IMG/VR virus record: IMGVR_UViG_3300032360_001735
Span: 6,411 to 70,410 of that record
Length of the DNA: 64,000 nt
Reading direction: 5' to 3' (one strand)
DNA from: a virus
In this document: positions 46,669-57,354 of the stretch, piece by piece
How the letters are laid out: each line of letters opens with the position of its first letter
Numbering within the stretch: position 1 is the stretch's first letter
The notes under the pieces: model-generated
The model's database searches: none
What the model saw: the letters and a program-made list of their open reading frames with translations, nothing else
Told to the model about the DNA's origin: nothing
Program-made: the position numbers and the translations under genes

Positions 46669-47370
46669 ATGGACAACTTAGAACTTGAAAATAAAATGGA
46701 CGAATTGCAAGTTGCAATTAAAAACGATGGTAAACGAATAGGGGTATGGGACAATCACGAGACTTACCACAAGGCGTGCACGTCAGAAGTCTCCGTAGAT
46801 GGACTATGGCTAGAATTTGGCGTTTACCGCGGGAGAACTATTACAACCATAGCGAAAGAAACCTCCAGCATGGTGTATGGATTTGATAGTTTCGAGGGTT
46901 TGCCAGAAAAATGGGATCACGACAACCCAAAGGGGGTATACGGATTAAACGGATCAATTCCACTCGCTGCAATTACCGGAGAGAACGACGATAACCCGGG
47001 TATGTATGACCCACGCCCCACGATAACCACGGAGCCTTGGCAAGACAACATTGTCTTAATAAAGGGGTGGTTCGAGGAAACGCTCCCCTTCTTCCTCAAA
47101 GAACACAAAGAAAAAGCAGCCTTCGTACACATAGATAGCGACGTGTATAGCTCCGCACAAACAGTACTTTCCCTTCTAAAGGAAGGGGACCGCTTCCAAG
47201 ACGGAACGATACTTTTATTCGACGAGATAATCGATTACCCGACCTATAGGGAGCACGAAATAAAAGCGTTTGCTGAATTTTTACTAGAAACTAATTACAA
47301 ATACGAATGCCTATATCACCAAAGCTTGGGAGATTATAGCCAAGCGTGTTTTAAAATTTTAAAAAGATAA
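46669..47370 (+). CDS. TylF/MycF-like methyltransferase
   Basis: LEFGVYRG, GFDSFEGLPE, KGWFEETL, HIDSDVYSS, FDE. Confidence 0.85.
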   Translation: MDNLELENKMDELQVAIKNDGKRIGVWDNHETYHKACTSEVSVDGLWLEFGVYRGRTITTIAKETSSMVYGFDSFEGLPEKWDHDNPKGVYGLNGSIPLAAITGENDDNPGMYDPRPTITTEPWQDNIVLIKGWFEETLPFFLKEHKEKAAFVHIDSDVYSSAQTVLSLLKEGDRFQDGTILLFDEIIDYPTYREHEIKAFAEFLLETNYKYECLYHQSLGDYSQACFKILKR

Positions 47371-47374
47371 GAAT

Positions 47375-48130
47375 ATGGAAAGAGAACAAGGGTCGAGAAC
47401 GAAATACAAGGAAGCAAACGAGGACTGCGTCCACGATGGTCACCTTGGCGGTTGCGCTATGAATGGAGACGGCGCTGGGTATTGCCCAAGAACATGGTCG
47501 CACTTAATAAAAAAATACAACATTAAGTCCATGGTAGACGTGGGTTGTGGGGCAGGATTTTCCGCAGATTATTTCAAGGACCTAGGGGTAGAAGTATTGG
47601 GGGTGGAAGGATGCAAGGAGGCCGTAGAAAGATCATTGCTTCCAAAAGAAAACGTGGTCCTCCATGATTACGAAAATGATGGCCCATACGTACCGGATAG
47701 AGACTTTGACTTTTGTTGGTCAAACGAGTTCGTGGAACACGTAGAGGGGGACTGCGCTCAAAACTTCCTAGCAACATTCGAAAAGTGTAGGATGGTTGCC
47801 ATGACATTCGCCGGCCCCGGCCAAGGCGGACACCACCACGTAAACGAACAGCCAATTGATTACTGGCTAGACCGCCTCTCTGAAATTGGCTTTACCTACG
47901 ACGAAGAAGAGACCAAAGAGTGCAAGGAATTCGCCAAGTTAGACATGATCAAATATTGTCCGTATAGCGGCAACCACTTTGTTGCTAGAGGTCTCCTCTT
48001 TCACAGGAGCAGAGACCCGCTTCCCAAAAATGAATCATATTCTTACGCAATGCCAGACGTCCCCCCTTTGAAACCGCACTGGGATAACTGGGTTTTTTAT
48101 AAGAAAGGAGGTAGGTTTGAGAACGACTAA
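47375..48130 (+). CDS. class I SAM-dependent methyltransferase
   Basis: VDVGCGAG, EFVEHV, PGQGGHHHVNEQ. Confidence 0.85.
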   Translation: MEREQGSRTKYKEANEDCVHDGHLGGCAMNGDGAGYCPRTWSHLIKKYNIKSMVDVGCGAGFSADYFKDLGVEVLGVEGCKEAVERSLLPKENVVLHDYENDGPYVPDRDFDFCWSNEFVEHVEGDCAQNFLATFEKCRMVAMTFAGPGQGGHHHVNEQPIDYWLDRLSEIGFTYDEEETKECKEFAKLDMIKYCPYSGNHFVARGLLFHRSRDPLPKNESYSYAMPDVPPLKPHWDNWVFYKKGGRFEND

Positions 48131-49031
48131 ATCTAATATCAAAATAGCGATGTTTTGGGAGTTCTACGAGGACGACCCTACATACTGGAGTAGCACCAGC
48201 GGCATCAACCACCACCTTAAAAAAATGGTCGACACGGTTGATAACTATCACATCCCCAAAGAAGATAAGTCCTTAGGTTTTAAGGAGTTCTTGGAGCGAG
48301 GCAAACAGTACGACGCCTGTATACTATGGAACGCCGGGAGCCTAAGAGAAGGCACCCCATACTGGAGAAAAGATGTCCTTAAAGATTGCCTGTTAGTTTT
48401 GGAAGCCGGTGACGAGCCCCAAGCCTACCAACAACACGTTGAACTCAGTAATCAATCAGACTTGGTTTTAACCACCGACCTAAGATGTGTTTGGGCGTAC
48501 AAACAACGAGGCATTAACGCCCACTGGTTCAACTCTTGGTGCAACGAACAAATTTTTTACCCAAGTAAACCAGACGACCCAGAACCGGACCTAGGCGTTA
48601 TAACAACCATGTATGGTGACCGCAAATTCGAGTCAGAAATATCATCTGCCCTAGGAGACAAGTATCTAAAAAAGAACGGTCTTGAAGGTGATGAAAACGG
48701 GGAATTTTTTCGTAGAGGTAAGATGATCTTCCAACAAGCAAGATGGGGAGAAATTACTAGAAGAATTTTCGAAGGTATGGGCTGCCGCAAATTAGTATTC
48801 ACTGACTACCTCCATCCAGACACGGGTATATATGGATTATTTCAGCAAAGAGAAGATATAATCTATTACGGCGACGCTAATGAGTGCATTCAATTGATGA
48901 ATTACTTCCTAGAACACGACGAAGAAAGAGAAGAAATCGCGAACAATGGATATGAAAAAATACTCAAATATCATTCTTCAGAGAAGAGAGCTCAAGAGTT
49001 GCTCGACCTCATAGAGAAATTAATTAAATGA
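48117..49031 (+). CDS. CgeB-like GT-B glycosyltransferase
   Basis: RRIFEGMGC...YFLEHDEEREEIANNGY...H. Confidence 0.75.
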   Translation: MRTTKSNIKIAMFWEFYEDDPTYWSSTSGINHHLKKMVDTVDNYHIPKEDKSLGFKEFLERGKQYDACILWNAGSLREGTPYWRKDVLKDCLLVLEAGDEPQAYQQHVELSNQSDLVLTTDLRCVWAYKQRGINAHWFNSWCNEQIFYPSKPDDPEPDLGVITTMYGDRKFESEISSALGDKYLKKNGLEGDENGEFFRRGKMIFQQARWGEITRRIFEGMGCRKLVFTDYLHPDTGIYGLFQQREDIIYYGDANECIQLMNYFLEHDEEREEIANNGYEKILKYHSSEKRAQELLDLIEKLIK

Positions 49032-49969
49032 TTGTATCCAAATGCCCAATGAGAATATCTTTAGCCGGTGGCTCCACTGACCTAGAAGAGTACGTAAGCT
49101 CTAACGGTTACGGCAGCGTCATAAGTTTTCCGTGCACTCTATATTCTTATATCAGCATCTTCCACGACAAAAATGGGTATAATAATTTTTTTAATAAATA
49201 TATAATAAACTATACATTAAGAGAGCAGGTCGACGACGTATGCGAAATAAAAAATGACGTGGCCAGAGAGGTGCTTAACTACTTTAAGTGTGGACCGCTA
49301 GCTATGACCTTTCACGCGGATGTATTTTCAGAAGGGTCTGGGTTAGCCTCCTCTTCTGCTTATTTGATAGCCTGCATCAAGGCGGTCTCGGTGCGCAAGG
49401 GTGTTACCCTTTCCGAGATTGACATATGCAACCTAGCCTTAGAAATAGAAAAAAAATTCAACCCACTTACTGGCTATCAAGATATATATGGCTGCGGCCT
49501 CAGCGACCTAAAAAGAATGCACTTTTATGAAGAGGGGAGGGTAAAAGTTCAGTATCTCAAAAAGAATATGTTTACTTTTTTTGATATGTATCTTGTATAT
49601 ACAGGCGTAAAAAGGAAATCCACCAAGCTACTTCAAAGTTTAGACTTGAAAAAAATTGATAAGATACTACCATTAGTAGACGAGATGGAGAAAAGCATAA
49701 ACAACTACGACGCCCAAGGTTTTCTTGATATAATCAAAGAAGGATGGGCGAAGAAGAAGGAAACCTCCCCAATGATAACACAAAACGTCATCATATCCGA
49801 CATAGACGACACCTTAAGGAGAGACAAGAGCGTCCTAGCCCACCGGCTATGCGGCGCAGGCAACGGCGGATACTTCTTGGTATTTAAAAAGAGAGACTCC
49901 CCAAACGAATTAAAAAATTGTCTTAAAATTGAAATGTCAGAAGAATCAATCACATGCCAAACAGTATAA
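49028..49969 (+). CDS. second GHMP sugar kinase (HddA-like)
   Basis: PMRISLAGGSTD, GSGLASSS, GYQD, GAGNGGY. Confidence 0.85.
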   Translation: MIVSKCPMRISLAGGSTDLEEYVSSNGYGSVISFPCTLYSYISIFHDKNGYNNFFNKYIINYTLREQVDDVCEIKNDVAREVLNYFKCGPLAMTFHADVFSEGSGLASSSAYLIACIKAVSVRKGVTLSEIDICNLALEIEKKFNPLTGYQDIYGCGLSDLKRMHFYEEGRVKVQYLKKNMFTFFDMYLVYTGVKRKSTKLLQSLDLKKIDKILPLVDEMEKSINNYDAQGFLDIIKEGWAKKKETSPMITQNVIISDIDDTLRRDKSVLAHRLCGAGNGGYFLVFKKRDSPNELKNCLKIEMSEESITCQTV

Positions 49970-52590
49970 AAATGAACAAAAATAAAATAGTTATAACAGG
50001 CGGCTTGGGATACATAGGGGTCGAATTGTGCAAACTTTATTCCGGCGAGGCTTGGCGCAAAGACATCGTCGTTACAGACAATAAGTTCGCTTCTGAAAGA
50101 GTAAAACAACTAAGAGACTGGGGCATAAAGTTTGTTCAGGCCGACATCTTAGACAAGGACGCAATGTCAGACATCCTAGAGGATGCAGATGTGGTGATTC
50201 ACTTGGCAGGCGTCACAGACGTAGCCTATACCAAGACGGATGGAGATTCCGAGAAGGACGCTAGGATAACCGAGGTTGCAGTGAGCGGAACTCGTAATAT
50301 AATAAAGCTCACAAAAGAAGATTGCAAAATAGTGTTCCCGTCCACTCATGTTGTTTATGAAGGGTTCAGTGAAACAAAATTAGACATAAAAGAAGACGAA
50401 GACCCCACGCCAATTTTGACCTATTCCAACGGTAAAGTCAGATCAGAGAAAGACCTCGCGGAGTCTAACAAAAATTATGTTGTCCTGAGACTAGCTACCG
50501 TCTGTGGTTATTCTTCTGATACAATGAGAATGAACATCATGCCAAATCTATTCTCAAAGATAGCCTCGCAAAACGGAAGCATCAAATTATTTTCCGGAGG
50601 CGTCCAGCTTAAGAGCTTGGTTCCGTTGATCGATGTTGCTAGGTGTTTCAAATTCATGGCTGAAAACGAGTCCATCAGCAGGGAGATCTTCCACTGCTCC
50701 AAGGACTCCATGACGGTCAAGGACGTAGCAATGATTTGTAAAGAGTTTAATCCAGATTTAGACATAACAGAAACAGACGACGAAATCCCCAACCTTGGCT
50801 ATACCATTTCCAACGAAAAGCTTTTGTCGACAGGGTTTGAATTCCTCTACGATGTAAAAGACTGCATTAAGGAGATGATAGAAAACTGGTCAGAAAAAGA
50901 AACAAGACCAGAGTTAGAATATACAGTGCAAGGAGGAAACGAGTACGTTGACGACAGAGGCAGGATAAACAACTACGAGCTAACCGAACCCATTAACCTC
51001 ATAGGGTGGATAGAATCTACAGCTGGTTCAATTAGGGCAAACCATTACCACCCGATACAGGAGCAAAAATGCCTCCTTATATCAGGGCAGTACATAAGCG
51101 TAGTCAAAGACCTCACAGTTCCAAACGCCCCAATCATCACCAAAGTGATAAACCCCGGAGACATCGCGATAATCAAACCAAACGTAGCGCACACAATGGT
51201 TTTTACTGACGACTCCCTCTTCTTGAACCTCGTCAGAGGAGAGAGAGACCATGAGAATTATGGTATCACACACACGATACCCTATGAGCTCGTTAGCAGA
51301 GAGTTCGCTGATAGACTTATAGAGAGCTACGCGTCAGAATGCAGAAGCTGCGGGAATACGAGCCTAGAGAGGGTAGTTTCCTTAGGGGAGTCTCCTCTTG
51401 CGAATAACCTACTCGATTCAGCAGATCAAGAATCAGACACCTACCCCCTTGAAGTTGACTATTGCCCAAGCTGTCACAACTGCCAGCTGAGTTCAATCGT
51501 CCCTCCGGGAAAAATGTTTGACAATTACCTGTATGTATCTTCTACTTCCAAAAAATTTAGGGAACACTTCGAGAAGGTTGCGTTGGATTATATAGAAAGA
51601 TTCAGGCTGGGACACAACTCAACCGTTGTAGATATCGGAAGCAATGACGGCATCGCTCTAAAACCCTATCTGGAACACGAATACGACATCAGCGTGATTG
51701 GTGTTGAACCGGCAAAGAATGTAGCTGCAATAGCAAACGAGAAGGGCATCAAAACAATCAACTCTTATTTTGATTCAGATACAGTAGAGGAAATCGGTCC
51801 GGGTACAGCAAGCCTAGTAACCGCCTCAAACGTGTTCGCTCATTCCGATAAACTGAAAGAGATAACGCGTGACGCCTTTTCTCTACTTAGGTTCGACGGA
51901 ACTTTCATCGTGGAGGTCCAATACTTGCTAGACACCATGAGAGACCTCACCTTTGACAATATTTACCACGAGCATGTCAATTACTGGTCTGTTACCTCTA
52001 TCAAAAACTTTTTTGAAAACTTAGGTTATCAGGTTACCCGCGTAGAACGCATAGAGACTCACGGAGGCTCCATAAGAGTATACGTAGGTCGTACAGATTT
52101 GCCGGGGGCCTGCCAAGGTTTCCCCCTAGGAATGACAAGAATGGACAGGGATACCGTCACGGAGTTCTTGAGGGAGGAAGGAGAAGTAGGACTCTTAGAA
52201 CACAGGTCTTATTTAGCGTTTGGAAAAAGCATTGAAAAAATAAAAACAAACGCCAGAAACAATATGGACGCCCTAAAGCTCATCTATAAAAAAATCGCGG
52301 CCTACGGATCACCCGCTAAGGCAACAACGTCGCTCAACTATTTTGGAATTAACAATAACGATATTGAATACACCATTGAAGACAACGACTTAAAACACGA
52401 CAAGTTGATTCCCGGAGCGAACATTCCCATTAAAAGCAAGGAGTACTGTAATGAAAATCTTCCCGACCTCATAATCGTGTTGGCTTGGAATTTCTTTGAC
52501 GTTATTGTAGAAAACAATCAAGAACTGGTAGACAAGGGGGTAAAGTTCATCAACATAAAAGAGCTACAGAAACCGGAGATGCTAATATGA
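49954..52590 (+). CDS. three-domain fusion: NAD-dependent epimerase/dehydratase + cupin + NDP-sugar C-methyltransferase
   Basis: ITGGLGYIG/YSNGK; RANHYH; CRSCG...CPSC zinc site, DIGSNDG, YHEHVNY, YGSPAK, LAWNF. Confidence 0.85.
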   Translation: MPNSIKMNKNKIVITGGLGYIGVELCKLYSGEAWRKDIVVTDNKFASERVKQLRDWGIKFVQADILDKDAMSDILEDADVVIHLAGVTDVAYTKTDGDSEKDARITEVAVSGTRNIIKLTKEDCKIVFPSTHVVYEGFSETKLDIKEDEDPTPILTYSNGKVRSEKDLAESNKNYVVLRLATVCGYSSDTMRMNIMPNLFSKIASQNGSIKLFSGGVQLKSLVPLIDVARCFKFMAENESISREIFHCSKDSMTVKDVAMICKEFNPDLDITETDDEIPNLGYTISNEKLLSTGFEFLYDVKDCIKEMIENWSEKETRPELEYTVQGGNEYVDDRGRINNYELTEPINLIGWIESTAGSIRANHYHPIQEQKCLLISGQYISVVKDLTVPNAPIITKVINPGDIAIIKPNVAHTMVFTDDSLFLNLVRGERDHENYGITHTIPYELVSREFADRLIESYASECRSCGNTSLERVVSLGESPLANNLLDSADQESDTYPLEVDYCPSCHNCQLSSIVPPGKMFDNYLYVSSTSKKFREHFEKVALDYIERFRLGHNSTVVDIGSNDGIALKPYLEHEYDISVIGVEPAKNVAAIANEKGIKTINSYFDSDTVEEIGPGTASLVTASNVFAHSDKLKEITRDAFSLLRFDGTFIVEVQYLLDTMRDLTFDNIYHEHVNYWSVTSIKNFFENLGYQVTRVERIETHGGSIRVYVGRTDLPGACQGFPLGMTRMDRDTVTEFLREEGEVGLLEHRSYLAFGKSIEKIKTNARNNMDALKLIYKKIAAYGSPAKATTSLNYFGINNNDIEYTIEDNDLKHDKLIPGANIPIKSKEYCNENLPDLIIVLAWNFFDVIVENNQELVDKGVKFINIKELQKPEMLI

Positions 52591-53069
52591 ACAGGTATGA
52601 AAAGCTAAAAGAAAACGGGATGAAATTAGGCTTTGTCTGTAGCTGTTGGGACCTGATGCACGCAGGGCACTGTCTTTTCATTAAAGATGGAAAAAGTCAA
52701 TGCGACTACCTTATAGCTGGATTACAGACGGACCCAAGCGTAGATAGACCAGAAAAGAACAAACCGATACTAAGCCTTGAAGAAAGAAAAATAATCCTAG
52801 AATCTAACAGGCACATCGACGAAATCGTGATGTACGAAACCGAAAAAGACCTCGCCATGGCTCTGGAGAAAATAAGACCAGACGTGAGAATCCTCGGTAG
52901 CGACTATTACGTTATCGACAATGGTGGACCAGCCTACTTTACAGGATCAGGCACAGAGAAAGAAGTATACTACCACGACAGAAGCAAGCATGGCTGGTCT
53001 ACTAGTGAGATTAGACACAGAATATTTAAAGCAGAGCTAAACAAAGGCAACGGAATAAGCGTTTCGTGA
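52587..53069 (+). CDS. TagD-like cytidylyltransferase
   Basis: WDLMHAGH, GLQTDPSVDRPEKNKP, STSEIR. Confidence 0.88.
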   Translation: MNRYEKLKENGMKLGFVCSCWDLMHAGHCLFIKDGKSQCDYLIAGLQTDPSVDRPEKNKPILSLEERKIILESNRHIDEIVMYETEKDLAMALEKIRPDVRILGSDYYVIDNGGPAYFTGSGTEKEVYYHDRSKHGWSTSEIRHRIFKAELNKGNGISVS

Positions 53070-53914
53070 AAATAGCCATCATATCTGAAGATGATTTTGG
53101 ATTTTCAAAGGGGCTCAAAAGAACCAATCACGATGTAAGCCTATACGGCTGCTCCTCGATCAACGATCTCTGCCGTGACGTGAGCGGCGGATACAGACCG
53201 GACTGTATCTTCCTAATGGAAGACGGCAGAGTCCCCCCGGCGTTCTGGAACAAGAGCAACATCGAATCTCATTTTAACTTTTCCCCCACTTTAGTCTACT
53301 TTACAAGGGAATGTCTCGAACCCACAGATAGTGACCTTAAAAAAATAGAATCCAGCGACTTGGTACTGACTCAAAACATGCATTTAATATCAGACCTAGC
53401 CTTTAACAACGTAAATGTATTTAGATTCCCCTACTGGGCGGACACAAGCGTGTTCTTTTCCACCGATTCCCCAAAGAGATACGACTGCGTTAGCTCCACA
53501 AGCAACCTAGAGGTAGCAAACAAGTTTGAATCAGCCCTCTCCTCTAAAGGACTCAGTTTTTTGAATAAGCCAATCTGTGATCCTGATTTCCTAAACAGCG
53601 GCAAAGTTTTCTTGAACTTCGAGGAAAAAGTAGTAGTTCCTCGAGCTTTTTTCGAGGCTTCCGCGTGTGGATTACCCATTTTATCGTCTCACTTAAATGA
53701 ATGCTCCGTGATAGAATCTCTCCTCGAGGAAGAAAGAGAGATTCTTTATTTTTCTTCTCTTGACGAATGCGTCAGTAGGGCATATCTTTATGCTAGAGAT
53801 GGCAGAGAAAGAAGCGTTGTGGCTAGAAAAAGTTTTTATTTAATTGAAAAATATCATACAATAGAGAAGAGGATACGAAAATTTATAAAAGAAATTAAGA
53901 TTTTAAGATTATGA
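53066..53914 (+). CDS. CgeB-like GT-B glycosyltransferase
   Basis: RAFFEASACG...HTIEKRI. Confidence 0.65.
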   Translation: MKIAIISEDDFGFSKGLKRTNHDVSLYGCSSINDLCRDVSGGYRPDCIFLMEDGRVPPAFWNKSNIESHFNFSPTLVYFTRECLEPTDSDLKKIESSDLVLTQNMHLISDLAFNNVNVFRFPYWADTSVFFSTDSPKRYDCVSSTSNLEVANKFESALSSKGLSFLNKPICDPDFLNSGKVFLNFEEKVVVPRAFFEASACGLPILSSHLNECSVIESLLEEEREILYFSSLDECVSRAYLYARDGRERSVVARKSFYLIEKYHTIEKRIRKFIKEIKILRL

Positions 53915-54834
53915 AAACACTAGTAACTGGAGGAGCGGGCTTCATAGGAAGCAACCTTGTCGATCATTTAGTCTCAGAGGGCCACGAAGTAATTGTCCTT
54001 GACGACGAATCATCAGAGTCTAATGAGGAATTCTTTTGGAGAGATGGCGCGAAAAGAGTTCCTCTAGATATCTGTGACGCTGACGGTCTGGACGCACTCT
54101 TTTCCAGAGAGAAAGAAGTGCATGGTCAAGCAATAGACTGGGTTTTCCATCTTGCTGCCGAATCCAGAATCCAACCTACGCTTGAACGCCCACAAAGAGC
54201 CTGCGAGGTCAACTTTGTCGGAACCTGCAATGTTCTCCAAGCGGCCAGACTTCATGGTACAAAACGAGTAATTTATTCATCGACCTCCTCGGGTTATGGG
54301 TTAAAAAACGAACCCCCGCTAGTGGAGACGATGAGTAGGGAATGCCTCAACCCGTACTCTGTAACCAAAGTGGCGGCAGAAGACTTGTGCAAAATGTACT
54401 ATTCTCTGTGGGGACTCGAAACAGTTATCCTAAGATACTTTAATGTCTACGGTGAGCGCCAACCCATTGCGGGTCAATACGCCCCGGTCATTGGTATATT
54501 CCTTAGACAAAAAGCCGCTGGCGAAGCAATGACTATCGTTGGCGACGGAGAACAAAGAAGAGACTTCACTCACGTTAAGGACGTTGTTTCTGCAAACTAT
54601 CTATCAGCAACCACAACTGACAAGAAAGCTCTTGGCGAAGTGTTCAACGTAGGGACGGGTACCAATCATAGCGTCCTTCAGGTTTCTGAACTAATCGGCG
54701 GTGATCATTCTTTTATACCAAAAAGACCCGGTGAGGCGGATACCACCCTAGCAGACATAAGCAAGATAAGAGACATCCTAGGCTGGGAGCCCACAGTAAA
54801 ACTTGAAGACTGGATAAAAGAAAACAATGTATAG
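53911..54834 (+). CDS. NAD-dependent epimerase/dehydratase (UDP-sugar 4-epimerase-like)
   Basis: TGGAGFIGS, PYSVTK (YxxxK), RYFNVYG, RDFTHV. Confidence 0.92.
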   Translation: MKTLVTGGAGFIGSNLVDHLVSEGHEVIVLDDESSESNEEFFWRDGAKRVPLDICDADGLDALFSREKEVHGQAIDWVFHLAAESRIQPTLERPQRACEVNFVGTCNVLQAARLHGTKRVIYSSTSSGYGLKNEPPLVETMSRECLNPYSVTKVAAEDLCKMYYSLWGLETVILRYFNVYGERQPIAGQYAPVIGIFLRQKAAGEAMTIVGDGEQRRDFTHVKDVVSANYLSATTTDKKALGEVFNVGTGTNHSVLQVSELIGGDHSFIPKRPGEADTTLADISKIRDILGWEPTVKLEDWIKENNV

Positions 54835-55804
54835 CAATTACATAACACCAGAAGTCGGCGTAAATAAAATCTTCATAGCTGGTCATCAAGGCATGGTTGG
54901 TTCCGCGATTGCCAAAAAACTAGGAGAAGGATACATCCACGCTAAAAAACGAGTCCTTGACTTACAAAGACAAGACAAAGTAGAAGCCTTCTTCGCTGAA
55001 TATCGCCCAGAAATCGTTATCTTGGCGGCGGCAAAGGTCGGTGGAATTCACGCAAACAACACGTACAGGGCGGAGTTCATGTACAATAATTTACAAATCC
55101 AAAACAACATAATCCACTCCTCTTGGTTATTCGGAGTCAAAAAATTAATATTCCTAGGCAGTTCTTGCATCTATCCCAAATTTGCAGAACAGCCCATTAA
55201 GGAAGAGTACCTGCTTTCCTCGCCTCTTGAGTACACAAACGAACCTTATTCTGTAGCCAAGATTGCTGGAATCAAAATGTGTGAAAGTTACCACAAGCAA
55301 TACGGTTGCAACTTCATTGCCGTAATGCCATGTAATCTGTATGGACCCAACGACAATTTTCACAATGAAGACTCTCATGTTCTCCCGGCGCTAATTAGGA
55401 GATTTCACGAAGCTAAACAAAATAACGAGCCCCACGTTGAGGTTTGGGGCACGGGGAAAGCTCAGAGAGAATTCATGCACGTCGACGACCTAGCTGATGC
55501 TGTTCTCTTTACTCTCCGAAAGATAGACGCAGAGCATATCTACAAACAAAACATTTCCCATTTAAACATAGGCACTGGTCAAGAAATATCCATAGCAGAA
55601 CTCGCGAAAAAAATCGCACATACAGTTGGTTACGAAGGAGAGATAAGGCACCAGCTTGACAAACCCGACGGGACATTACGCAAGCTATTAGACGTTTCCA
55701 GACTTGAGCAGTTCGGATGGAAACATAAAATAAGCTTAGAAAATGGACTTAGCGACACCTATAACTGGTATGGCGAACAGGACGCAGCAAATTTGAGGTT
55801 ATGA
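54827..55804 (+). CDS. fcl: GDP-L-fucose synthase
   Basis: AGHQGMVGSA, AAAKVGGIHAN, GSSCIYPK, YSVAKIAG, WGTG. Confidence 0.95.
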   Translation: MYSNYITPEVGVNKIFIAGHQGMVGSAIAKKLGEGYIHAKKRVLDLQRQDKVEAFFAEYRPEIVILAAAKVGGIHANNTYRAEFMYNNLQIQNNIIHSSWLFGVKKLIFLGSSCIYPKFAEQPIKEEYLLSSPLEYTNEPYSVAKIAGIKMCESYHKQYGCNFIAVMPCNLYGPNDNFHNEDSHVLPALIRRFHEAKQNNEPHVEVWGTGKAQREFMHVDDLADAVLFTLRKIDAEHIYKQNISHLNIGTGQEISIAELAKKIAHTVGYEGEIRHQLDKPDGTLRKLLDVSRLEQFGWKHKISLENGLSDTYNWYGEQDAANLRL

Positions 55805-57351
55805 ATCACCACTTTATGCAATTCGAAGGCAGAAATTATATCAATGGAGTATGGAAAGCTACCGCCGACATGTACTCCAAGATTAACCCATCCACAGGAA
55901 AGGCCCAAGGAGCGTTCCCGTCAAGTGGACCAAGCGACGTCGGCACCGCCGTGCTGGCTGCTCGGAAAGCGTTCAAAAGCTGGAAAAAAGTAAGCCGCTT
56001 TGTCCGTTCAGACTACATGAACAAGGTCGCTCAACTTATTGAAAGAGACAAAGAGAAACTGGCTGCGGTTATCTCCCTAGAGACAGGTAAAAACTACAAC
56101 GAAAGCGTCGCTGAAGTTAACGAAGCTCTCCACATGGCTCAGTTTGCTTTCGGTTCTGGCCGCTACTCACATGGAGAGGCCGTTTCTTCTGAGATTGCCG
56201 ACAAGGATTCCTACATGCTTCGGAAACCAAAGGGTGTAATAGCAATTATAACACCATTCAATTTTCCTTTGGCGATTGGAATGTTCTGGAACGCCGCCCC
56301 CGCCCTTGTAGAAGGAAACACAATAGTAATTAAACCAAGTGAAGATGCTCCAATGTCCACCCAAATGGCTGTCAAGATTTACGAGGAAGCTGGCATTCCT
56401 CGCGGAGTCATTAATCTGGTGCATGGTGACGGGCTCGTTGGTAATCTTTTGGCTCATGCTGATATCGACCATATTTGCTTTACTGGTTCTGCCGAGGTTG
56501 GGCAGTCTATTAGAAAAGTAGCCGCCGAGAGTTGGCACAAAACCACCTCATGCGAAATGGGCAGCAAGTCTGCCTGTATTATTTTTGACGACGTAGAGAT
56601 GGACCTAGCTGTAGAGTCCGCGGTTGCTAGCGCATTTAAACTCTCTGGCCAACGGTGCGTTTCCTCTAGTAGGATGATAGTCCAAAGAAGCGCCTATGAC
56701 GAGTTCGCTAAGAGATTCGCTGAAGAAGCTTCTAAATTAAAAACAGGCAATCCATTTAAAAAGGTTTTTTCATCAAGCGGAGACCCGGGGTGCGTAGGCT
56801 GGGAAGACTATGTTCCCGACGAAAGCGTTTATTATGGTCCGATCATCAACAAGCAAGGATTTGAAAAAATAAAAAAATATAACAACATGGTCTTGAATGA
56901 CCCGCTGGCAGAAGTTCTGTTGGACCCTGTTTATGAGGACATAAATGATAGAGCTTTCTTTTCTAGCCCAATGGTTTACAAGGTCGAATGGAGAGGGGTA
57001 GACGCTCCATACCTTAGGAACGAAGTCTTTGGCCCCCACGTCGCAGTTATCCCCTTTGATACTTTAGAAGATGCGATCCGTATTTATAACGATACTGAGT
57101 ACGGCCTTGCGGTTGGCGTTCTTACGAATGATTTCCGCAAAGCACGAGTACTCCGAGACGAATGCGACGCGGGGATGATTTATTGGAATGGTGGGTCTAT
57201 CGCTGCTGAATCTCACCTTGCTTTTGGCGGAGTTAAGAAGTCCGGAAACGGGTTCCCAAGCGCGGCCAGAACATTCAGGGCTGTAACCCACGAGATCAGT
57301 TGGACAGTTAACCATGCAGATAGATTAACCTTTCCACAAGGAATGAAATAA
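55801..57351 (+). CDS. aldehyde dehydrogenase family protein
   Basis: PFNFP, FTGS, EMGSK, GQRC, EVFGP, FGGVKKSG. Confidence 0.95.
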   Translation: MNHHFMQFEGRNYINGVWKATADMYSKINPSTGKAQGAFPSSGPSDVGTAVLAARKAFKSWKKVSRFVRSDYMNKVAQLIERDKEKLAAVISLETGKNYNESVAEVNEALHMAQFAFGSGRYSHGEAVSSEIADKDSYMLRKPKGVIAIITPFNFPLAIGMFWNAAPALVEGNTIVIKPSEDAPMSTQMAVKIYEEAGIPRGVINLVHGDGLVGNLLAHADIDHICFTGSAEVGQSIRKVAAESWHKTTSCEMGSKSACIIFDDVEMDLAVESAVASAFKLSGQRCVSSSRMIVQRSAYDEFAKRFAEEASKLKTGNPFKKVFSSSGDPGCVGWEDYVPDESVYYGPIINKQGFEKIKKYNNMVLNDPLAEVLLDPVYEDINDRAFFSSPMVYKVEWRGVDAPYLRNEVFGPHVAVIPFDTLEDAIRIYNDTEYGLAVGVLTNDFRKARVLRDECDAGMIYWNGGSIAAESHLAFGGVKKSGNGFPSAARTFRAVTHEISWTVNHADRLTFPQGMK

Positions 57352-57354
57352 ATT

